Source: a virus (lineage: Duplodnaviria; Caudoviricetes). From it: a stretch of DNA of 28,547 nt. Below are positions 24,301 through 28,547 of this stretch, piece after piece. The translations under genes were made by a program, and so were the position numbers. The notes below the pieces were generated by a model that was not told the origin of the DNA, did no database searches, and saw only the letters and a program-made list of their open reading frames with translations. Position 1 is the stretch's first letter; the number at the start of each line of letters is the position of its first letter. The stretch covers positions 1-28,547 of the IMG/VR virus record IMGVR_UViG_3300021134_000023. One strand, given 5' to 3'.

Positions 24301-25531
24301 CAGCACATTGTTTAGTGAACTTGTACCTTCAACCGTTGCTCGTAACACTGTTGACCTTGCTGAAGCAATTCTTAATCAAAACAACTCAAGTTTTGGTTCT
24401 GCCAACATTTATGTTATTAACAACGCTGTAGACAACCTTTCTAAGAAAATCTACGGAGATTACTACAACAAATTAATTAAGGCAGGAATGTCAACATCAC
24501 AGGCTGCTACATACGCCCGTGCCGCTACGGATCAGAAAGTTGCTCAAGACATGAGTGACCCCAAGTTCCGTGATGAGTTTATGCACCAAGCTCACATGGC
24601 TTCTGTATTCCTTTATGCAGTCAAAGCGGTAATTGGATTTGGTGCGCCATTTGCTACAAGCGTTCAACAACAGTTTTCAATGAACCCGCAATTCCAGCAA
24701 CTGCTTAACGAAACCAAAAAAGTTAAGCAACCAGATGGAACGTTCAAAGATGTACCTGTTTACACATTTGAGCAAGCTGCTACTGAATTTGCCAACAGGT
24801 ACCCTAATCACATTTACGACATTGTTTCGCACACAATGAGCAAGGGTTCTTCGTACTCTGAAACAACATCAGCTCTAGATCTATTGCAGAACCACTATTG
24901 GATTGCAAAGCAGTACCCATACGCTGCAGCATACCTAGTCAACCGCAGTACAGCCTATTCACCACAGGCGTACCAGTTGGAGCTTGCTGCTGGGCTTCGT
25001 GCTCGTTACTCACCAGATGAATACTACAACCAACTTCAAATTGCTAACGGTAATGATTTCTATTACAACTGGCTTAAAAAGGAATACCCAACAGAAGTCA
25101 ATGGACAGCCCGTTGGTGGAAATATTGGATACGAAAACTACAAACTTCTTACTAACGCCGCAAAGCAATACGGCCGTCTTGAAAACCCAATTTGGTACGC
25201 ATCGTTTGAAGGTGGAAACAACACGTTCTACAACGAAGGACAAGCCATTCAGCAGATGAAAACAATGTTGGCAGACACCAACGTACCTAATTCTGTTTTT
25301 GGTGGAACGCAAAACCGTACCATGTACCAAGACCTTATTGATGCGTATGACGTTACTGTTGCCGAATACAAGGGTGCCGGTAGTTCAAAGGTGCAAAGCA
25401 TTATTGAACAAGGTTGGTACAACGAAATGACCAAAGCTGCTCAAGCCACGGACGCCAATGGCAACCCGCTTATTGCTCCTGCACTTTCTTACTTCATGAC
25501 ATCGGTTCTTAGAAACCTACCAACTAAATAG
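18332..25531 (+). CDS. Giant (2399 aa) probable internal virion/ejection protein with an embedded ADP-ribosyltransferase domain
   Basis: Uninterrupted 7.2 kb ORF in the head module. VIP2/Alt-type motifs YRG (R1024), STS (1060-1062) and EKE (1113-1115). Confidence 0.8.
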   Translation: MAGQTSFPNPQDNNPADLQAHLAYKASDTGRLADMVSANPKLNSDPAAAHAMLQVPGIDGHTAGMATKFMTLYANAHKGIGEAVGGSGNNPAKTKAGGFFANAFGGLERAWNWFANEGVNDGSYSNPLGSVLQTASQAATGITHGVTNWFENFHLGPQTTFQVPEGADPATWQPPSPAQNIKNDLSAVVGASSGLANWVNNTKNRTLTTTAEVLTGGQVGASQTQGPLANLLPGWTWGKGNVANLDDAYHSAANAIVGVGNSLNPFETYNNMAHFAAFYESLAKRRGASYALSYLLPYLAIAMVTHSVIMGPAAAEAADLAASATAEGATITPEEKALIEEAQGKEKTTSMTMEQTASGAIPKMDIPESAIRGSTEEAAAKAEQVAADSAQQAARGKSFQFASDVAGIVTKPLKPFMSVANKLMMPGQDLRLNMMYLTAHAGISQDPELSGLWNQTSNGVPVDDLGRPMGSVGSVMANYLGLDHGAFFEAIAKPIDVYANYFASDPIGAVGSVVGKALTLEGLGGPLGNLFGGMGIRSGEDVYRVTQQYSRVARAFQWMADHNAAQIADRFRGLFPGEEGAKILVKLGEAQSLGEIQAIWADLAEGIGFLKNEAPSMTMYEFTKAKLMVDGSSITLGDAMNADIKFNQQIENIAKEETPFPFPKPDSTNYIVGEGEVLGRIRSRQRFGQWVAGQLRRAEAYISEETGRWENFTINPGSKNAIPAIMDSLLKLGVHRTVVDTIGSSLLTASKQEYVNVVRSAYYHAIMRRVTAGMSEATFDSVKVGLEQDVFKEVMRMTGADGASEEAGAMVHGEQGGDRSLTPKPGGAITNSAIGDTQLGTLHFPRARDMKGFASRLREFALQLTPAEDLEASVAARLSVKSLEQIAEFRNAVLDGIPKALEEGIETKVWDASTIEIRPEITDWNAEATRAITNRNNLVKEIEDRQTSLDFSREKFPDEIAALESYTSVWGNFAGGSFDEVNQVLRQSQFLESDIADQSAETAQKIQSLIKSTAPLTDSVMTYRGLSVGLAGEGSPAENYILGLKDLKPGETFTEDGFSSTSFDRGIAQSFTERGGEKLMVEIVNQPGTQGLFVENVFKHEVDKDFPTTVSQEKEFILPFGAKFKVLGVVPSEETVNGIHILRVAHIPEEVGVKAVSEIPELTKISYATKSRELAEYTRNAMSMGEKLPGAIDANKSFVQVYDAIRTQADHARAVSELYREHQTILKDFDRGVINADEYRVLSGQLDHASPDPSIRITQMTPENMHTLMGEKHALDDAMTKLTVRLQGNAIDEKALIQHVRDYEKAVNGVANIDEKATAALAKKLGKLRAENPRYRNTFQAAVDAGNWYVSKIFAPMALFSGGWAERVGTSEFILLWLRGGAQSSLKAKVLTSYLKHEAGGGALSSAVEEKLNNFLQRDLFKGTFREMLKRDDLGFDQKLASSFGRFVASTILEARDIAGGVLHGIEGNVINWDARTERMVENFSEAMLDFGRNGLPMHVHSQTVDIFDSDITASRMAYGDDGHGNQTISNRYENSSFRAGNAGDKNYITGLRGALGRLYTDNFLRPATQDMRDLLIKYGRENSTDEQLMTNSEYRFLRRGVNTVKTDTEAEALMQNISRTAFETIESMPPSELERFDRHLNKSKVAKTDEEVYATLSANEKTRVDLMNPRQRQIFYAHKDWADNIAYHVFHTVAGRDATGAWKVHAQLVEQAGTGQVKNVADLENDVKRFAKSSEPRGIAMEALSEGSGKRRAMAANFLTEVSNKGHAAILGPIVNTYVRDHNYLMLYDQEMEKLRASEEAGIIDHESAKAKAHEATTIKMSKFVHNPLDKTVLEQNMRVVAPFYFAQNQAWRRALRMFRDDPGAFEKYMRVCLATTNFVSVQASGSGGGIVNVPGTEFMGALAGLGTGFGSDMLGKLSMGLAIDPGSVSSIIPTGSEAGMGILGSVMRPAVGPLISLPLKEASNWFGLAHVPFANKVVQGILGPISANSTLFSELVPSTVARNTVDLAEAILNQNNSSFGSANIYVINNAVDNLSKKIYGDYYNKLIKAGMSTSQAATYARAATDQKVAQDMSDPKFRDEFMHQAHMASVFLYAVKAVIGFGAPFATSVQQQFSMNPQFQQLLNETKKVKQPDGTFKDVPVYTFEQAATEFANRYPNHIYDIVSHTMSKGSSYSETTSALDLLQNHYWIAKQYPYAAAYLVNRSTAYSPQAYQLELAAGLRARYSPDEYYNQLQIANGNDFYYNWLKKEYPTEVNGQPVGGNIGYENYKLLTNAAKQYGRLENPIWYASFEGGNNTFYNEGQAIQQMKTMLADTNVPNSVFGGTQNRTMYQDLIDAYDVTVAEYKGAGSSKVQSIIEQGWYNEMTKAAQATDANGNPLIAPALSYFMTSVLRNLPTK

Positions 25532-25539
25532 GAATAACT

Positions 25540-26064
25540 ATGACAAACACAATGGACACATCAACAGCGACTCCAGCGGAAGCACCTAAGCCAGCGCCAA
25601 CGCTACAAGACCTGCAGAAGATATCTCACGATTACCACGTGCCAGTCAGTGAGGACACTCTTAACGGAGTTCTTGCTAGCCACGCTGCTAGCGGTGGTGA
25701 TGCCGTTAAGTCATTCACTGATTACGTCAAGACAACCGCTCAGGGACTGTACCCAACGTTTGCACCTCAGATTGCCGCTGGTATTCCCACTGCCTATCTT
25801 CTAGACCCTTACCGTCAAGTTGGCAAGCAAGTGCTTGGAGAACAGTTTGAACCTAACTTCCAGGGTGACCCAAAGATGCGTGTCGCTCTTGAAGGTTCTC
25901 GTGATCCACAAACTGGACGACCAGTACCTATGACATTGAATGAATGGATGATGCACCTTAAATCCGAACCTTCGTTTGGTTGGGCGCAAACACCACAAGG
26001 ACAAGAAGCAATGAATACCGTAAGAACAAAAATTCACGAAGCATTTACGAACGGAGCAATGTAA
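25540..26064 (+). CDS. Probable internal virion protein
   Basis: Position in the structural block, AGGA RBS, TAATG coupling to the next gene. Confidence 0.65.
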   Translation: MTNTMDTSTATPAEAPKPAPTLQDLQKISHDYHVPVSEDTLNGVLASHAASGGDAVKSFTDYVKTTAQGLYPTFAPQIAAGIPTAYLLDPYRQVGKQVLGEQFEPNFQGDPKMRVALEGSRDPQTGRPVPMTLNEWMMHLKSEPSFGWAQTPQGQEAMNTVRTKIHEAFTNGAM

Positions 26065-27683
26065 TGGCTGATGTAACACTTCCACCTGGGTCGTCTGCGT
26101 GGGGTTCTCCTGAACAAATACAACGTGGTCAAATACCCGCAGTTCCAAACTCTCAAGTTTACTATGACCCGGTAACAAACAAAGCTGCATACATTCCGGT
26201 AAATAGTGCTGTTCCAAGCGGCGTTGTTATGGTGCCAAAAAATGCAACTATTGGTTCAAACGGACAATACGTTGTAAATGGCAAACAGGTATCACTTCCT
26301 GCCACATCAACTTCAACGACCACTGATGAAAAAACCGTATCTGCACTTACTGCAGCGGGCATTAACCTATCTGGCCCAAACACTTTAATTGGCCAGCCAT
26401 TTATTCTGCCTAACGCTGAGATACTTAAAGCGGCTGGAGTTTCAGCAAAGGACATTAAGAAATACGCATTACAACCTTTGAACTTACCAACGATGGGACC
26501 AGGAAACTTATCACTTAGTTCTTCTGGTTCTTTGATGGCAGGTATTCTTAACCTTCCTTCATCGATTCAAAAAGTTGTTATGGACAAACTTGGTCTTAAC
26601 AACACCGCTTTAGGTAAAACGCTTGCCGAGCGTGTAAGCGCAATGATGCCGGTTTACAGTTCTGTGGGCGGTCACATTGGTGCAATTACTAATGCACTTC
26701 AAACCCAAGTGGCACAGACTTCTGCTCTTACGCAGTCAGTTGGTACATTAGAAAATTCTATTCAGGCAGGTGACAATGCCGTTCTTCTTGGGGCAAGCGA
26801 ATCTGCCAAGTACAGCGCCGAAGCATCTGCGGACGTTAGCTTGACTACATGGGGCATTGACACACCCGAAATGACTAAGTTGGTTCACAACCTTGCTTCT
26901 GCTGGTATGGTTTCAACAAGCGAAATCCTTGAGAACGTTCGCAATACCAACACCTACAAAGCAGCTTTTCCAGGTCTTGCCGAATACAATTCAAGTCCTG
27001 GTGCTATCCACATGACTGAATCTCAATACCAGACTTACACTCAAACAGTTATGAACACGGCTACTCAATTTGGTGCGCCAATGCCAAGCCAGCAGGAAAT
27101 TGGTAACCTGCTTAAAGGTCACGTTTCAGCCGCTGAATACAACCAGCGTGTCACAGACATCTATTCAGCAGTTTCCAACGCTGACCCAAATGTTAAAAAA
27201 CTATTGGCTCAAGAATACGGTGTTGACCAAAACAACCTTATGGCTTACTTTGCTGACCCTAAGAAGGCATTGCCAGTTATGCAACGTCAGGTGGCTACGG
27301 CAGAGATCCAGGATTACGGTTCAAGGGTAGGTCTAACTGGGCTTACGCAGACAGGTGCTAGTCAGCTCGCAGACATGGCTAAATTGAGTTCTGCGACAGG
27401 CAATAACCCATTGGGTGCAGGAGTATCCCAAATCCAGGGAGCCCTTCTAAACGCTTCTAAGGACATGTCTCTGACCCGTGCTACTCCAGGCCAGAATGTG
27501 CCTACCCTAGATACCAACGTTCTTATTGGTTCACAGGTGGCAGGATTTGCTGGTACAAACCAGGCTGCTGCGGCTCGAACTGTACAGTTGGCAGAGCAGG
27601 CAAAGGCTGCCCCCTTCGAAAGGGGTGGTGGATACGCAGAATCCAACAAGGGAATAACTGGTCTAGGATACGCAACAACGTAA
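26064..27683 (+). CDS. Probable internal virion/ejection protein (Ala/Gln/Thr-rich)
   Basis: ATG 26064 overlaps the upstream TAA. Composition and position fit an ejected protein. Confidence 0.65.
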   Translation: MADVTLPPGSSAWGSPEQIQRGQIPAVPNSQVYYDPVTNKAAYIPVNSAVPSGVVMVPKNATIGSNGQYVVNGKQVSLPATSTSTTTDEKTVSALTAAGINLSGPNTLIGQPFILPNAEILKAAGVSAKDIKKYALQPLNLPTMGPGNLSLSSSGSLMAGILNLPSSIQKVVMDKLGLNNTALGKTLAERVSAMMPVYSSVGGHIGAITNALQTQVAQTSALTQSVGTLENSIQAGDNAVLLGASESAKYSAEASADVSLTTWGIDTPEMTKLVHNLASAGMVSTSEILENVRNTNTYKAAFPGLAEYNSSPGAIHMTESQYQTYTQTVMNTATQFGAPMPSQQEIGNLLKGHVSAAEYNQRVTDIYSAVSNADPNVKKLLAQEYGVDQNNLMAYFADPKKALPVMQRQVATAEIQDYGSRVGLTGLTQTGASQLADMAKLSSATGNNPLGAGVSQIQGALLNASKDMSLTRATPGQNVPTLDTNVLIGSQVAGFAGTNQAAAARTVQLAEQAKAAPFERGGGYAESNKGITGLGYATT

Positions 27684-27698
27684 CATTTGAAAAGCGAA

Positions 27699-27853
27699 TG
27701 ATACAATTTGCATAGGTAGTTGGCCCTATGTGGCCGTAGGTGAGCTAACTATCGACCCCGCTTGGGAGGGCATGACCCAGGTGCGTACAACAATGCTGAA
27801 AATTAGCCGCTTTATTAACCTCTGGTAAAGTGCGTACCGCAAGGAGCGATTAC
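27699..27853 (+). promoter_or_regulatory. Extended -10 promoter and structured 5' leader of the scaffold/capsid operon
   Basis: TGaTACAAT (27699-27707), then three hairpins and an AAGGAG RBS (27841-27846). Confidence 0.6.
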
Positions 27854-28339
27854 ATGGCATACGATGATGAATTTGACGAAGTTGAAACTGAAGAGCGTCA
27901 ACCGCTAGATCCTAATATTAGGAAGCAGTTGCGTGAAGCAGAAAAGGCTCGTAAGGAACTAGAAACTTTGAAGTCTGAACTAGCCGCTCAACAGCGTGAA
28001 GTTCAGTTTGCAAAGGCTGGTATTCCAGACTCAGGATTAGGTCAACTATTCCGTAAGGCGTATGATGGAGAGGCTTCATTAGAAGCAATCCGTCAGTCGG
28101 CTGAAGAATATGGCATACTCCAGACTGGTGAATCCGAAGCATCATCGAATGATTCTGAACTTGCGGCTCTACGCCGTGCTCAGGGTGCAACTCAGGGAAC
28201 AACTGGTGCAATGCCAGACCCACAGCAGGAGTACCTAACAGCACTTGCAGAGGCTTCAACTCCAGAAGATGTCATGCGAATCGTCGAAGGTAGTACCGGG
28301 CAAAAGCTTGGTATGTATTCTTCACGCGGTGCGTTCTAA
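27854..28339 (+). CDS. Capsid scaffolding protein
   Basis: Acidic N-terminus, coiled coil 'IRKQLREAEKARKELETLK', immediately before the capsid gene. Confidence 0.8.
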   Translation: MAYDDEFDEVETEERQPLDPNIRKQLREAEKARKELETLKSELAAQQREVQFAKAGIPDSGLGQLFRKAYDGEASLEAIRQSAEEYGILQTGESEASSNDSELAALRRAQGATQGTTGAMPDPQQEYLTALAEASTPEDVMRIVEGSTGQKLGMYSSRGAF

Positions 28340-28379
28340 GCCTAAAACTTAAAACCCACTAAACAAAGGAGTCTGCCAA

Positions 28380-28547
28380 ATGGCTGACGCATATACAGGT
28401 CAGAGCACCCTTGATTTCTCAAAGGCCGCTTATGACCGCATGGCATATTTTGCACTACGCCCAGAACTATACTTTGACGCTGCCGCTGACGTTCAGCCTA
28501 CGCACCAGAGCATGCCTGGAGCATCAGTTGCATTTACAATTGTTAAC
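28380..28547 (+). CDS. Major capsid protein, N-terminal part (runs off the window)
   Basis: AAGGAG RBS. MADAYTGQ...AYDRMAYFALRPELYFD...QSMPGASVAFTI resembles N4-gp56-like capsid N-termini. Follows the scaffold. Confidence 0.8.
   Translation, partial: MADAYTGQSTLDFSKAAYDRMAYFALRPELYFDAAADVQPTHQSMPGASVAFTIVN

Noticed and set aside
18332-25531. Virion RNA polymerase, tape measure or intein in the giant ORF
   Set aside because: No DxDGD or T7-type polymerase motifs, no periodic tape-measure repeats, and no intein splice motifs were seen around the ART domain. A divergent fold cannot be excluded without modelling.
25980-26063. Longer N-terminus for the 567-aa ORF
   Set aside because: It overlaps the upstream gene. 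ATG 26064 in a TAATG junction fits the coupling pattern seen throughout.
14215-28259. Many antisense and alternate-frame ORFs of 60-140 aa within the structural genes
   Set aside because: Shadow ORFs of long coding genes, with no RBS or recognisable motifs.

Overview
The window is a continuous piece of a tailed dsDNA phage genome. The host is very likely an actinobacterium, based on WhiB, an Rpf-like enzyme, leaderless genes and actinophage-type gene content. The layout resembles uncultured freshwater actinophages and is probably podovirus-like. From left to right: (1) accessory genes (DUF1003-like, permuted NlpC/P60, metallophosphoesterase, PnuC-like, GT2-methyltransferase fusion); (2) a recombination/replication block (Cas4-like exonuclease, ERF, HslV/proteasome-beta-like protease, Rpf-like transglycosylase, DUF1599/Nmad1, a stand-alone lambda-O-type C-terminal domain, Holliday junction resolvase, SSB, WhiB); (3) a lone minus-strand amidoligase + class II glutamine amidotransferase + membrane protein operon; (4) a ~1.4 kb gene-poor, hairpin-dense control region with back-to-back sigma70-type promoters that appear to drive two structured non-coding RNAs, next to small basic peptides; (5) the packaging/head block (HTH-fused terminase, portal, a 2399-aa virion protein with an embedded R-S-E ADP-ribosyltransferase domain, two probable internal virion proteins, scaffold with a structured leader, and the start of the major capsid). 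No integrase, tRNA, CRISPR array, DNA polymerase, helicase or primase was seen. All family calls come from motif recognition by eye, not from database searches.
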